A stretch of DNA of 64,000 nucleotides. It comes from Octopus bimaculoides (Eukaryota). Below the pieces are notes generated by a model. It was given only the letters and a program-made list of their open reading frames with translations, made no database searches and was not told the DNA's origin. Positions 39,545 to 54,798 of this stretch are shown here, in pieces. A program made the position numbers and the translations under genes. Location: contig NC_068982.1 of the NCBI RefSeq assembly GCF_001194135.2, positions 152,806,164 to 152,870,163 on the forward strand. The letters are read 5' to 3'. How positions within the stretch are numbered: position 1 is the stretch's first letter; each line of letters begins with the position of its first letter.

Positions 39545-39905
39545 TTCTACTTGTTTCAATATTTAGGCTGCAGTAATGCTGGGGCATCACATTGAAGAGT
39601 TTTTAGTCGAACGAATCGACTCCAGTACTATTTTCAAAGCCTGTACTTATTCTATTGATATCGTTTGCTGAATTTTTAAGTTACGGAGATGTAAGCATAT
39701 TACCTAAGATTGTTAAGTTGTTATGGGGAAAACAAACACAGAGATAAAGACGCACACATATGAATATATACATATATATATATACAACGAGCTTCTTTTA
39801 GTTTCAGTTTACCAAATTCATTCACAAGGCTTTGGCCGGCCAGAGGCTATAGTGGAAAACACATGCCCAAGATGCCACGCAGTGGGTCTGAACACGGAAC
39901 TACGA
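39545..39905 (-). mobile_element. SINE (head of the 22195 family, 3' part of the 16040 family)
   Basis: ccaagatgccacgcagtgggtctgaac head; body is the reverse of 16040-16260. Confidence 0.7.
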
Positions 39906-41576
39906 TACGCACACACACACACACACACACATGCATGTGTATAATTACAAACACGAATATATATATATATGAGAGTCTGTATGTGTGTGTGTGTAATTAT
40001 GTATATAATTGGACATTTCAAAGAAGACTAAATATTTCACAATATCCTAACAACAGCTGTGCCTGAATGACTCACATGTAACATTACTATATCAACAACT
40101 ATAGCTAACTTAATAGCAACACCTATATATATACGCGGTTATATACCACGCAAGAATGACATCTACAGGGATAAAAATCCAAAGTGATGTGATTGTTGCG
40201 TGCTATTAAAATTCTATTATCATAATTGATATTTTAAAGATACCAAACATTGATTGAGACAAATTTTGGATCGAATATTTCCTAAATTCGTTGTCATTGT
40301 TTCTGATATTCATTTATGTTTGTCTTTTGATTAACTCATATAATCTTTTCTTGAGAGTATGCAAAATTGCAGTAAATAGCATTTTATAACACACATACAC
40401 ACACACTCACACACACACACACACACACACGCGCGCACACACGCACACACACACATACATACACACACAAACACATACACAGCGCACACACACATGTCCA
40501 TAGGTATATGCATAAGTTGAAATATCTATATATTTATACGCTTATACGTATACGTGAAATATGTATATATTTATACACGTACCTATATTTCTGTGTCTGC
40601 GTGTAGTTGTTCTGAAAATCTAAGCATTTTCACGACAGTTAAGCTTCTCATTCTGAAGCATATTTTTTTTTTTTTTCATTTTTGCTAACTCTATATGCAA
40701 CATTTCTCAATCATTCATTATTAAATATATAGCAATTGATATTTATTACATTCTGTATGCAGCTCTCGATCATTTTATTTCGTTTTCTTCTCCATCTTGC
40801 ACTAAAACTTTCAAATCATTGTGGACAGTTAGAATATGTGCTATTTTACTCTTATGAGATGCGTTAAATTCAGATGAGTTTATGTCCTATTCTTTGGATA
40901 CAGTAAAGATTGAAAGTGTCTAATATTTCGGACACATTCCTTGGCAGACGTCACTTGGTCAGCCTGTCGAAGGACTTTTTTTTTTACAAAGTGTCTGACT
41001 TTATAAGTCCTCACAACAAATATATACGACCTGCAAATCTTTTGAATTTTGACAATACTATCATCAATGCAGACTATGAATAATTTCTTAGATGCCGAAT
41101 TTTACCTCGGCTCGCGACAAATAGTTTGCATGTGCCTCCATACACTTACAGAATAATATAGAGAAAATACTGGTTCGAGAAAAAGACGTATAGCTGAGTA
41201 ACAAATGTCTCCTTGTGTATTTGAAAGCGATAATGATAAAATAAAAGAAAGAAATGATATGATAGTTGCATTGTATGATTAGAAAAAGAATTCAGATAAC
41301 ATATTTGATGGAGTAACATGCTGGATGTCTACAATTGGAAAATACGGCATCTACTGCTGAAGTTCTCACTTTTAACAGCAGGCGTTTGTAGGCATAACCA
41401 GAAAGAGCATCTTTTTTTATAGTTATGGAAGTTATTAACTGTCTTCACTCCTTATTTGCATATAACTTATAAAATGAATATGCATTATTATTAGGGAAAT
41501 TAAGATACAATTATTTTGAAGATAGAAGTTAACCTATCTTCTTTTCCTCCTTCACATGGATAAGCTACCTTCTAAG

Positions 41577-41766
41577 GATCTTTTCCACTGGCCGACATCT
41601 TGGCTGGACGAAGTTGCTAAGGCCTTTATGGAGCAGTGGATTTTCGGATTTGAGTCCAACTTTCTTACGGAACCAGCACGAAATTGTGAAGCCGTTTATC
41701 AGCTAGCAGTTCTTGATATTGTGAGATATTTCAAATTCCAGCTTCAGACAGCCCAAATAAATCCCA
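41577..41766 (+). CDS. Candidate exon (phase 0 to 1): DLFHWPTSWLDEVAKAFMEQWIFGFESNFLTEPARNCEAVYQLAVLDIVRYFKFQLQTAQINP
   Basis: Complex, GC-richer open frame after a long pyrimidine tract; acceptor TAAG is weak; donor A|GTACGT. No homology recognised. Confidence 0.33.
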
Positions 41767-43342
41767 GTACGTACATTCGACTCTTACTAATATGCACACT
41801 CTCCATGGTGAAGTTCAGACGTGTATCTATCCTACATTAACATTTACATGGTACAGCTATTAAATTACTAAGACGTATGACAGCACTTATCCAATACGAG
41901 TTTCGCAGGACTTTTCAACTGCCTGCATATGTTTATTCACTGCTACACATTCAATAAACACCCACAAATGAATGTAAACGAAAGGATTACTGAAGTTAGA
42001 TTGTGAAAATGTAAAAAAAAATATAAAAAAAACAAAAAAAACAATGGCTAATTATAATAAACTGACTGTACAGAATTTACTGTTAAATTAGAATATTTTA
42101 TTTCGAGGTACATATGTGTATATAGTGGAAAGGCATTTTGAGTTTAATATAATTATGAGAAATATAATTTTGCAAGTAAGAGAAAGAGAAAATTATAACA
42201 ATATTTGAAATGACAGAAACAATGTAAGCTAGAATAAATGATGTGAATGATATGAATTGATTTGAAAACGTATTTAAAATGTAAAAATCAGTGTATAATT
42301 GTCCGTGTAAATCGGTGCAGTAGGAATATTTTGTCATGTTGATAAAATCATGTGCGTAAATCCATTTTCCAATGTATATAAATTAACTTAGTAAAGAACA
42401 ATCCTATCAAACAAGCAATAATATGTAGAAACAAGAAACAATCAAATCATTATAATATATTTTCATCTCCAGTTTTGTTTTAGACTTTGATGTACAAATT
42501 TTTATGTCTGAATATACAATCAGTGAGACGAGGGAAGTGGATTATATATATTTATATATATGTATATATATGTATATATGTATATATANNNNNNNNNNNN
42601 NNNNNNNNNNNNNNNNNNNNNNNNNNNNNNNNNNNNNNNNNNNNNNNNNNNNNNNNNNNNNNNNNNNNNNNNNNNNNNNNNNNNNNNNNNNNNNNNNNNN
42701 NNNNNNNNNNNNNNNNNNNNNNNNNNNNNNNNNNNNNNNNNNNNNNNNNNNNNNNNNNNNNNNNNNNNNNNNNNNNNNNNNNNNNNNNNNNNNNNNNNNN
42801 NNNNNNNNNNNNNNNNNNNNNNNNNNNNNNNNNNNNNNNNNNNNNNNNNNNNNNNNNNNNNNNNNNNNNNNNNNNNNNNNNNNNNNNNNNNNNNNNNNNN
42901 NNNNNNNNNNNNNNNNNNNNNNNNNNNNNNNNNNNNNNNNNNNNNNNNNNNNNNNNNNNNNNNNNNNNNNNNNNNNNNNNNNNNNNNNNNNNNNNNNNNN
43001 NNNNNNNNNNNNNNNNNNNNNNNNNNNNNNNNNNNNNNNNNNNNNNNNNNNNNNNNNNNNNNNNNNNNNNNNNNNNNNNNNNNNNNNNNNNNNNNNNNNN
43101 NNNNNNNNNNNNNNNNNNNNNNNNNNNNNNNNNNNNNNNNNNNNNNNNNNNNNNNNNNNNNNNNNNNNNNNNNNNNNNNNNNNNNNNNNNNNNNNNNNNN
43201 NNNNNNNNNNNNNNNNNNNNNNNNNNNNNNNNNNNNNNNNNNNNNNNNNNNNNNNNNNNNNNNNNNNNNNNNNNNNNNNNNNNNNNNNNNNNNTATATAT
43301 ATATATATATATATTTACATTGCATATCTTCATCACTGCAAG

Positions 43343-43419
43343 GATTTCTTCACGGGTCTTTTCGGCGCTGGACGATTATTTTCGATATTGCCCAAATTAG
43401 AAGTGCTTAAGAAGTTGCG
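43343..43419 (+). CDS. Candidate exon (phase 0 to 2): DFFTGLFGAGRLFSILPKLEVLKKLR
   Basis: Weak CAAG acceptor, CG|GTAATA donor; phase-compatible with 44461-44517. Confidence 0.27.
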
Positions 43420-44460
43420 GTAATATCTCATTTATAGTAGTTGTTCCGTTAACTCTATCTCAGCAGTGAGAAACGATGCTTCATATACATATACAGTCAC
43501 GGAAGGTACCAGTGCAAGTACTAATTTTCTTTACATGTTCGTGATCCGATCACTCCATATTGGTGAAGAAAAGGTTTCTGAGACATGCATGGCCATTTAA
43601 CAAGAGAGATTGACCTAGCAAATTTCAGGTTTCAGGAATCATAGAATGAAAAGGAGTTGGAGAAAGAACAAAATGAATGCATAACATAAAAAATTGGGAA
43701 TCAAATCAATAGCAGATCCATCTAGCACCCAAACACAACAAATCGTGAAGACTGGTAGACCGCATGTCAAAACAGTGGCCTATGACTCCATTTGAAACTG
43801 AGTTCGCAAAATTATATCATTTATATATACACGCAAAAAAAAACAAAAAAAAAAAAACAGACATGCATATATATACATATATGCCCGTATACATAAGTAT
43901 GTATGTATATCTATAATAACAAAGACGAAATTCTTTCTGCCCGACCCTTGTATCTCAGTCTACAATTGCTCTACATAGACATATGATACCATTTTGGGAT
44001 CAGGACTAACCGCTGCGGCTAGCATTTACGATAATTTTCATTTAAGGGGTGAAATGAAATGGATATAGCATTTATTCCCATTCCCCTTAACACGTTTCAC
44101 AAAGTTATAACAGTATTTTTCTCGTAATTTGTATTCTAGAAGGAATAGGTATGTCATTTGAGCCTGAACGATTACCAGATCGTACACGGTAGATTATGCA
44201 AGCATGTCCGATTACTATATTATTCATGCATGAAATTCGAAGTAGCTTGTGTATGACTCTTCTATGTATGACATACATTCATTCATACATACATACATAC
44301 ATACATACATACATACATACATGTATGCGTGCATACATACATACATACATACATACATACATACATACATACATAAATACATACATACACGCACACACAC
44401 ATGCGCACATATATGAGTCTGTGCATAAAGTAGCGCCTTAGTGTTTTCTATTGCTGATAG

Positions 44461-44517
44461 ACATTATGCAGCTTACTTCATATCTCGTCCTTACAAGAAT
44501 CAATACGGCAACCAACT
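44461..44517 (+). CDS. Candidate exon (phase 2 to 2): HYAAYFISRPYKNQYGNQL
   Basis: ttttctattgctgatAG acceptor, CT|GTAATA donor. Confidence 0.27.
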
Positions 44518-45363
44518 GTAATACTTCTCACTTATCGACCACAATACCGCAACTTGATCAGAGACATGCATCTTACACATCATTCGTTTTCCCTGCACGA
44601 AGTAAAAGAACTCGATATGTTCCATTAAAACTGAACAGAAACGGATGCACAATTTACAACTTACACATTTATAGATATTCAGAATCTCTATTCGAAAATA
44701 ACTTTTCTTTCAATTTGACTCGTACTGAGACTGCACGAAGTGTGCTAATGAATTCTTGAAACACTAAATTACTTCTGCCAGCGTAAAATCTTTGTCTCCT
44801 TGTTAGTCCATTGTAAAAAGAAGAACTGTGATTCATATTCAACCTGTGTAACCTATTTTGTATATACAAATCACTTTACAAACATTCTTTCCCAAACATT
44901 TCCGCGAAGAATTTATGAATCTTGTTCTCTAGAACACATGAACAAGAGAGCTATATGATCATACGAACTGTCATATATATCATTTTGAGGTGCAGCGTTA
45001 AACAACACATGAAATGCTCGTTTTATATACTTGTCAAATAATACTTACCACAGGTTTACATTTTGTAGAAATTAATCGGTGATGGTTGCACAAATGCGAC
45101 AAATGTGTAGAAGTTGTATAGAAGACTTTATTATTAGTTTTCCACATGTGGATTATAAACAATTCCATCACGTTATAAGAGAAGTCATGTGATTGCCTGC
45201 AGGGACTCAGAAGAGACGCCAGAATCATGGAGTCAGGATACTGATGAGAAATATACGTCTGTCAACCACACGCATTGAAATTATTTAATTACATTATTAT
45301 TAGCCTTTTAGCAACTTAGCCTATCTACAGATACTACAGATAAACATATACGTATTCTGTATG

Positions 45364-45406
<43 letters not shown>

Positions 45407-46300
45407 NNNNNNNNNNNNNNNNNNNNNNNNNNNNNNNNNNNNNNNNNNNNNNNNNNNNNNNNNNNNNNNNNNNNNNNNNNNNNNNNNNNNNNNNNNNNNN
45501 NNNNNNNNNNNNNNNNNNNNNNNNNNNNNNNNNNNNNNNNNNNNNNNNNNNNNNNNNNNNNNNNNNNNNNNNNNNNNNNNNNNNNNNNNNNNNNNNNNNN
45601 NNNNNNNNNNNNNNNNNNNNNNNNNNNNNNNNNNNNNNNNNNNNNNNNNNNNNNNNNNNNNNNNNNNNNNNNNNNNNNNNNNNNNNNNNNNNNNNNNNNN
45701 NNNNNNNNNNNNNNNNNNNNNNNNNNNNNNNNNNNNNNNNNNNNNNNNNNNNNNNNNNNNNNNNNNNNNNNNNNNNNNNNNNNNNNNNNNNNNNNNNNNN
45801 NNNNNNNNNNNNNNNNNNNNNNNNNNNNNNNNNNNNNNNNNNNNNNNNNNNNNNNNNNNNNNNNNNNNNNNNNNNNNNNNNNNNNNNNNNNNNNNNNNNN
45901 NNNNNNNNNNNNNNNNNNNNNNNNNNNNNNNNNNNNNNNNNNNNNNNNNNNNNNNNNNNNNNNNNNNNNNNNNNNNNNNNNNNNNNNNNNNNNNNNNNNN
46001 NNNNNNNNNNNNNNNNNNNNNNNNNNNNNNNNNNNNNNNNNNNNNNNNNNNNNNNNNNNNNNNNNNNNNNNNNNNNNNNNNNNNNNNNNNNNNNNNNNNN
46101 NNNNNNNNNNNNNNNNNNNNNNNNNNNNNNNNNNNNNNNNNNNNNNNNNNNNNNNNNNNNNNNNNNNNNNNNNNNNNNNNNNNNNNNNNNNNNNNNNNNN
46201 NNNNNNNNNNNNNNNNNNNNNNNNNNNNNNNNNNNNNNNNNNNNNNNNNNNNNNNNNTATATATATATATATATATATATATACTTACATACATACATAC

Positions 46301-46334
<34 letters not shown>

Positions 46335-48089
46335 TTACATACATACATACATACATATATATATTATGCAGAAAGAGAGAGAGAGAGAGAGAGAGAGGGT
46401 GGGGGAGATACGGACGTGATGTGTTTGGGTAGACACATGTATGTATATACATAACTATCTATTTATTTATATAATATACTATATTATATTGTGTGTATGT
46501 GTGTGTGTCTAGATTTATACATACATGCATATGTGTTCATATAAAATACAAACATACGTATATGTGTGTATGTATGCTTATAACGTATAGGTTAGTTTTG
46601 GGTTTTCATTCAAAAGACATAGTTCACTTCGAGTAGTCGTGGCAATCTGAGATAGTTATGCTCAGTTATTAGAACAATGGCCGTCATAATAACCATTCCA
46701 TTTTAAATGCCAAACAGCGATTGATTAATCAATTTAAAGAAGAAATAGTCTTCCTTGTCGCAACACTATTGGACGACCTTACTATGAACATGATCGAAAC
46801 TGCAACTGTCAAATAATAATTGGCAAAACTACTGAGAGAAAATCGATACAGACATTGAAGTATCTCAGAAATCGAGAAAATGTGAGAGGTAGATAAATAT
46901 TTAAGCAGTGTTGAAAGTTTTTGCATAATATTAGTTATGCAACTCCCATAGACAACAACCAAACTCGAAACCAATATCACTGCAGACACGAATGAATATA
47001 TGTGTGTACGTGTTCGTGTGTGCTTATTTGTGTGTGTTTGTGTTTGTGCTTTTTGTGTGTATCTTTGAATGTATCTATGTGTGTATAAATATATATATTT
47101 CAGCTAGTCGTCATAATTTCAAAATTTTGGTACAATATGATATAAATTTTGGCACAATATGATATACGAAATTATAATTAAACATATTCAACAATAAGTT
47201 AGGAAAGAAAAACAACTTTCATTATTGATAAATACAGGCATGCATATATGTGTGTGTATCATACACACATTCACTTATATAGACACATATCTGTATATGT
47301 GTGTATGTAAGTATATGCGTTAGTGTTATATGCAAAATACATAGAAAAGAACATTAACTGAGAGTGCACTTCATTTAAGTCGAGTGTAAAATTATTTTTA
47401 CAAGTCAATATTTGACAATGGTTTGTAGATTTTCCTGTCTTTGCCTTTATAATACTGTAATCTTCGTATACTTATAGTCACTTGTGATATGCTTGGGTAT
47501 ATCTTGTGAGTATTACTGTAGTTATTGCAAGATAGTATGGTTTATACAGCATAAATCTGCCGTAATGTAATATTGAGTTGAATAATACAAGTTCCTGAAG
47601 ATGGAATAATACAGTAAAAGAAATAAACAAATGTGATTCGGCTAATTCTTTCAAACATGCCTCTGAATTCATATATTACGAAAAACAACTTTTTAGAATC
47701 AAATTTTAAAGTCCACCAAATCAAAAGCAAGCTTAATCATCATTCTTCTTCTTCTTCTTCTTCTTCTTCTTCTTCTTCTTCTTCTTCTTCTTCTTCTTCT
47801 TCTNNNNNNNNNNNNNNNNNNNNNNNNNNNNNNNNNNNNNNNNNNNNNNNNNNNNNNNNNNNNNNNNNNNNNNNNNNNNNNNNNNNNNNNNNNNNNNNNN
47901 NNNNNNNNNNNNNNNNNNNNNNNNNNNNNNNNNTCTTCGTCCTCGTCGTCTCCTCCTCCTCCTCTTCCTCCTATTCCTCCTCCTCTTCCTCCTATTCCTC
48001 CTCCTCTTCCTCCTCCTCCTCCTCCTCCTCTTCTTCTTCTTCTTCTTCTTCTTCTTCTTCTTCTTCTTCTTCTTCCATACGACGAACAT

Positions 48090-48225
48090 CATTCAGTTTC
48101 TATCTGCCAAATCCACTCGCAAGGCTGTTTTGTTGAACTATCAACAAACGTACTCACTTGCTCAAGATGCCAAGCATTGTAGTTGAACTCGGAACCATGT
48201 GGCTGGAAAGTAAACTTTTTACAAC
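48090..48225 (-). mobile_element. SINE head fragment (22195 family)
   Basis: ctgccaaatccactcgcaagg...cacttgctcaagatgcc...gaactcggaaccatgtggctggaaag. Confidence 0.6.
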
Positions 48226-48356
48226 ACACGTACTCACACAACACACACTCACAGACACAGACACAGACATACACACATATATTCATGTACATATTTACAC
48301 ATAAAGGTGTACATCTATATATTAGTGTGGGTGTGTATATATATCTACCCATATGC

Positions 48357-48463
<107 letters not shown>

Positions 48464-48955
48464 TATTTCTTTCTTCCTCTCTTTCTCTCTGAATCTATGA
48501 ATGTGTGTGTGTTTGTGTGTTTGCGTGTGTGTTTGCGTGTGTGTTTGTGTGTGTATTTGTATGTGTGTTTGTGTGTGTATGTGAGTGTTTGTGCGTTCTC
48601 AGTTGACACGTATTTTATGGCTGACAAGAGTTAAAAGTATAAAGAGACTTAGGTTAATAGAGTAGAATAACGTAAGCTCTTTACCAGGAATTATTTTCTG
48701 TCTACCTGTATCTCTGTCTGTCTGTCTGTCTCTCTCTTTGTATATGAGTATCAGTATGCGAGTGTGTGTGTGTGTGTGTGTGTGGGTGCGCGCGCATGTG
48801 TACTCATAGACTAATAACAAACGCAGAAAACGTATATGGTATTTTTCAGCTTTATATGGCTTACGTGTGTTTCCACAATCTGATTGACTCTATTGCGCGC
48901 TGCTATTGGCCTTACAAACCTCTAAATTATGTGTATGTACATCTATCTATCTATT

Positions 48956-48999
<44 letters not shown>

Positions 49000-49122
49000 C
49001 AAACACAAACACACATTGATATATGTATGTGTGTGTGTGTGTCTATAGCACACTCACATACATCGTTTCATTTTCTTTGTCCGTCTCTACATTGCGTTAT
49101 AATCCTTGGCTGTGTCAATCTA

Positions 49123-49204
<82 letters not shown>

Positions 49205-49605
49205 GAGATACATAGATAGATAGATATTTCTAGCATACTTTCTCATTTACTACCGTGTTTCTGCTTTCTGCTTTGCCTTTGTTAGCTTGTATCATGTAAA
49301 TCTCTATACAGTTGGCGTCTTTGATCCTCTTTCAGCGTAGTCAATCTCCAGATAACGCTAATTGCATTAGCATCACGGTAGAAAAGATGCATTCCTTTCA
49401 GCTGTCCAACATTACTAATCCAGTCAACTAAATGCTACACATCCTAAAAGTTTACTGATCAACGATGATCTTTAACACACGTGTTGATCAAGGATATTTA
49501 CATATTTATGTAACGTATTATCGACATACTGACAGTGACCATGTTGTAGATATATTAGTGTAGTGGTGCATGCAAAGAGAAAAGTAAAGTAGTAGATTAA
49601 AAACT

Positions 49606-49661
<56 letters not shown>

Positions 49662-49939
49662 GTGGAGGGAGACAGTGTGTGTACTTGCCTGTGTGTTTGT
49701 GTGGAAGTTGGAGCATATGTATGTATCTGGGTGATAGAGAGAGAGAGGGAGAGAGAGAAAGAGTGAGAGAAAAAGGGGAGTGACAGAGAGAGAGAGAGAG
49801 AGAGATGGGGAGAGTGGAAGACCGGAAAGAGACTGTATGTGTGTGTGTGTGTGAAAGAGATTATCTCTGTGAGTGAGAGAAATTGTGAGGTCAGAGTGAG
49901 AAAGAATGTATGAAGGGAAGAGTGACTATGTGAGTGAGT

Positions 49940-49981
<42 letters not shown>

Positions 49982-50984
49982 CTACGAGAAAGGGAGGGAG
50001 AGTGGGAGATTGAGAGAGACGGATAGGCCTGGCTAGTAAGAGGTGTATGACGCTAAAGAGGTTAAAAGATTTAAATAAATAGATGAGAAGATTGACTGAC
50101 AAATAAGATGAACAGGAAGACAAGACAGTTACACAGCCACTCATATATTTGCATATCACTTTGTGTGTGCATGTGTATGTGTGTGTGTGTGTGTGTGTGT
50201 GCGTGTGTGTACGTGCGTGCGCGAGTGAGCGCTCGGCCAATCTTAATGGTTTAACGTTCTTCTGTGGGCATGTATTTGTATGTGTATGTACGTGTGCTTA
50301 TGAATGTGTAAACATGCAACGTACATAGCTCTATACATGCAAACATATGTGTAGAAAGATCGATATATGGATATACAGATATCTAGATGAGAGGGGGCAA
50401 AAAGAGAAAGAGATAGAAGGAGAGAGTGTAAGAGAAACAAATGTTCAAACTGAAATAGAACTGATACATTACAATTAGTGAACTTGATACGTAGAAGTAC
50501 AGCGATATAAACTGATGCCAGCTTCATGAAGTGGTTAAGTACTTCATTTAGTAACTACTGGCTTCCTTGTTCGATTACAAACTGTATCACATTGACAACT
50601 ATCTTCTGATATTTTCCTATTTAGGTCGATCAACATCTTGTGGGAGGAAGTTGGTTGAAGGAGGAGTCTGTGCAGAAATTCGTAGCATATATGTATGTAT
50701 GTATATATATGTATGTATGTAAGTATGTATGTATGTATGTATGTATGTATGTATGTATGTATGTATGTTATCAATCACTTTCATTTCTGTATTTCTTGTC
50801 CATAGAGAAAGAGCAGGACTCTAACATAGATTCAAGACTCCTTCATTGGAACCTTTATCAACATCATCTAGGTATTTGTGCATATGTGTGTGTGTGTGCA
50901 GTATTTGGTGTTAGTGTATGCGCAGATTTGTATGTTTGTTTTATGGATGCGTTTTTATGTATATATTTTCTAGACGCATGCATA

Positions 50985-51125
50985 TGTATTTATGTGCTAA
51001 CTTTTTGGAAAGTTTTACATATCTTTACAGTTCCATTGATGGCTTGAATCTGTAGTTTTCTAATCAGCCTTTTTCTTTCAGATTTTAAGAGCCCTAATTT
51101 TTCCAGGTTTTTGTTGAGGCAGTTG
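50985..51125 (-). mobile_element. 3' tip of an REL-type LINE
   Basis: Minus strand reads LIRKLQIQAINGTVKICKTFQK, a pattern I recognise as a LINE C-terminus. Confidence 0.45.
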
Positions 51126-54100
51126 TATGTATGTATGTATGTATGTATGTATGTATGTATGCATGTATGTATGTATGTGTGTATGTGTGTATGTGTGTAA
51201 AAATACATACACACAAATATAGAACGTTAAATATTATGGCTGGTCATAGAGTGACCATTGGTTTCGCATCTATAAAGCGCTTAGCAGTATAGGCAACTCG
51301 CCACACTCAAGTGGCTTCGACTTTATGAGTCTGTTAAGTCACCTATATAGTATTCGTGTGTGTTAGTTTTTATGTGCTTGGCCCATCACCGCCAAAACAC
51401 AATCACTGTTGCGCTGCTTTACATTCCAAATTCATATATCATCTGAGTCGACCTTACTCTTCATTCTTCTAGATTTCATAAAATAATACACCAGTCATAT
51501 ACATCAGAGAAATTTGCGTAATCGATTCTATATTCCCTAATATTTTTAAATGTAGGATGGGCAGGAATTAGACCCTTTATTATAATTATTACTGAATACG
51601 TGGTGTGTTATCTCATAGAAAGTTCTACATTCTTTATGTGCCTTTTCAAGGCTTTAGAAGATGTATGAACGTCACCTGATCTCATTTATGCTTCAAAAAC
51701 GTAGTCACTTCTAATTGAAGTCTTAAAGAAATCGTAAAACAATCACATCGATACCAAAATGCCTTTACAGGGGTACTTAAAATGGACAAAATGAGGGATT
51801 TCGTTAAAATAATTAGTAGAAAAGGGAAAAAATATTCAACGAATTGATTTAACAAAATAAATCGTTTGTAATAATGAATAATGTCGAGTAGGAACATGAC
51901 CAGCAAATGTTTAATAGATGGACTTTCAATCAAAGGATCATGCGTTGAGCATGCGTAATGTCAATGAAGTAAACCGCAAAAGTTATATGACATGTGAGTG
52001 TGTGTGCGCGTGCGTACGTGTGTGTATGTGTGTGCATGTATGTGTGAGCATGTATGTGTGAGCATGTGTGTGTGTGTGTGTGTGTGTGTGTTCTATAGCA
52101 CTATATGGATGTTTGTGGATACGAGTAGTAGAAATGGCTCTAGAAAATGGCATCGGGTCGCGCTCTTAATTCTGAAGTAATCTCTTTAAAGTGTCATCTT
52201 GTCTCAGCCGTGTTTGCTTTCTGACAAACTGCATTAGAAGAGTGTGATGATATGCGTGTTACTTGGGAGGGAGTAGAATGAACTCATAAAACATCGTTAC
52301 AATGCCAATCAACTTTATTTATTAAAATTTCCTCGCGCACAAAAGCCGGCTAATTAATCAATAAAATCAGTTTGTTTTACTTGCATTTGCTATTGTTGGT
52401 TTCTAGATGCCGGTGAAAGTTCTGCTTGAAATAGTTGCATGATTGTTCTGACGTATATAGTGTTTATAAATGGTTAGTTGTGGTAAAGTGACAGTGGTAA
52501 GTAAAGGAAGTTGGTTGCTGTACATTTTGGTTGTCAGCATCCTGTTGCTGATGTATTTTGATAGAGTGTATGTGAATGTATTTGTAGTTATTACTTGTTT
52601 AGTTTGGCTTGTTGAAGATTGTTACTGTTCTAATAGCTGTTGTTTAACTCCAAGCTGGCTCTGATTGAGCAGAACCATAATGAAAATCATTTCAACTTGT
52701 TCATCCCCTAATTTATTTATTTGGTGTTTACTGTATAATTCCTTTTCTTACTCAGAAGATGTGCTTTGAGTAAATTTGCTATATTTTCTTTTGAGCTGAA
52801 TAACTGCCAGAGCTTCCCTTATTAGTTTGGGTTTCATAATTTTATTGTTTTGTTTTAGTTTGAATGATGGTAGAAATTTATGATCGCTTTATTGGTTGGT
52901 TTTAATTATTTTGATTGCTTTAATTCTTGTTCTATTTTTTACCTGCTCTTGATATTTTAAACTTTTTATTTATTTAGTTTTAGTGATTACTATTGCAAGT
53001 TGATCTTTTTTGAGTTACAAATTCTCACAGAGGTGGTTAGTTGCTGTTGGCTTCTGTTGATAACCATTGCAGATGTTAATGCCTATTTTATGGTCACTCA
53101 TAGATTTTCCTTTTTTATGTTAACTTTTGCTAGCTGTTGGTTACTATTAATGCCATCTAACGACTGTTATTCTGAATGATCATGATTAGCTAATTCCTCT
53201 TGGTGTTTACTTGTTAGCTTTACATTTTCTTTCTGACCTCAAGAATTACAGAGAAATTTAAACCTATTATCAAAATGGCTTTGCACATTACAAAATAGCA
53301 TATATTATCAATAAAATTTGCAAAACATAAGCCTTTTCCCAATATAATACTTAATATTTTAAAGCTGTTGTAAAGAGTTTCTGCAAATGGAAAATTTTTA
53401 AGATTACCAAAATCCATAAATATTATTTAGTTCTGAACATTGTGCACAAGCATATAACATAGACTTTAATTTTGATTTGATTAAAACAGTATAAGTACCT
53501 ATAAATAGTTTCTTTGGAAGGTAACACCGATATGAAAATTTGTAGATGACTTCCAGTGCGTATGCGTTTACTCAACCTACTTCAACAATCTGCTAAGTTC
53601 CACTCAAATCAGAATCCACTATCTTAAATAAAGAATATACAGGATGAAAGAATGGCCCTCACATGGAACATATTTGGCCTTAGTTTACTTTCAGTGATGG
53701 CTGAACTTGACCTAAAACAATATCCTCGCTCGACTTCCAGAATTTTTTGAAGATTCCAGATGTTTTGAAAACATCCTTCAGTATTATAGAAAGTGCTTCT
53801 TGAAGAACAGAAGTAATACATCAACAATCCATTGCCATAAGGCAATTGGTCACTGTATATTCACAAAATTCTCCATGATACAAAATGTAAAATTAATATC
53901 ATAAATATTTGCATCGATTACTAACAACATGTTTGCTTAAATTCTTCGTCGTCAAAGTGTTGAATGTTTGCAAATGTAATGGCAAAATTAGAAACATTCT
54001 TTAAGACAGCAATGAAAAATTAGCATTGAATTTACATTTTGTCTAGAAATCCTTCAATAAATTTTCACTGGGTTATATCAAGAGTACATTACATTTCCCA

Positions 54101-54657
54101 GTGAACGGTAGGGGAATCTTTCAACTATGTACATAGTATGTACATAGAGTATTCTAATATGTTTAATGTATCATTGAGAGGTTGCTATGTGGTGTTAACA
54201 CTTTCCTAAGGTTAGTTTCGATTTTTAATAATTAAAAAAATGAAAAATGCAAATAGAAGGAAATGTTTCTGTGCTGATTAGCACGTGATAGCCTGTTTCT
54301 CTCGTCAAATACTCCCAGCTCACTCTTCTCTTCTTTCCTAGCCAGCAATGCTGTTTACTCGAACTAAATCCAACAATAATTACTATAATCATGAATTTTT
54401 TTTTTCAGGACGACATCTTACTAGATTTTTCTCCTAGTCTACTGTTCCCTTCAGTTACCAACTGAAAACGTTATATGTTGATATCATTGATTTTCGAAGT
54501 CAGTAGATACAGTCCATTCCTCCAAACCAAATTAATAAAAAAAATATGGAGAAACGACTGTACAGAAATGTTATTATTATTATATCACACGTGCATTACG
54601 GGAAATCGTTTGAAAATACCATTGCAGCTATCTATCTGCAACTTTATGTGTGTATGC

Positions 54658-54690
<33 letters not shown>

Positions 54691-54741
54691 TGTATGTATG
54701 TATGTATGTATGTATGTATGTATATGTGTGTGTATTTATGG

Positions 54742-54791
<50 letters not shown>

Positions 54792-54798
54792 TTATATA

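Noticed and set aside
49357-49371. Palindromic homeodomain P3 site GCTAAT-TGC-ATTAGC
   Set aside because: A single short motif, expected by chance at this base composition.
53643-53812. Protein-like frames DERMALTWNIFG...AELDL and NNILARLPEFFEDSRCFENILQYYRKCF
   Set aside because: Joining them needs a frameshift, the opposite strand is equally open, and no family is recognised.
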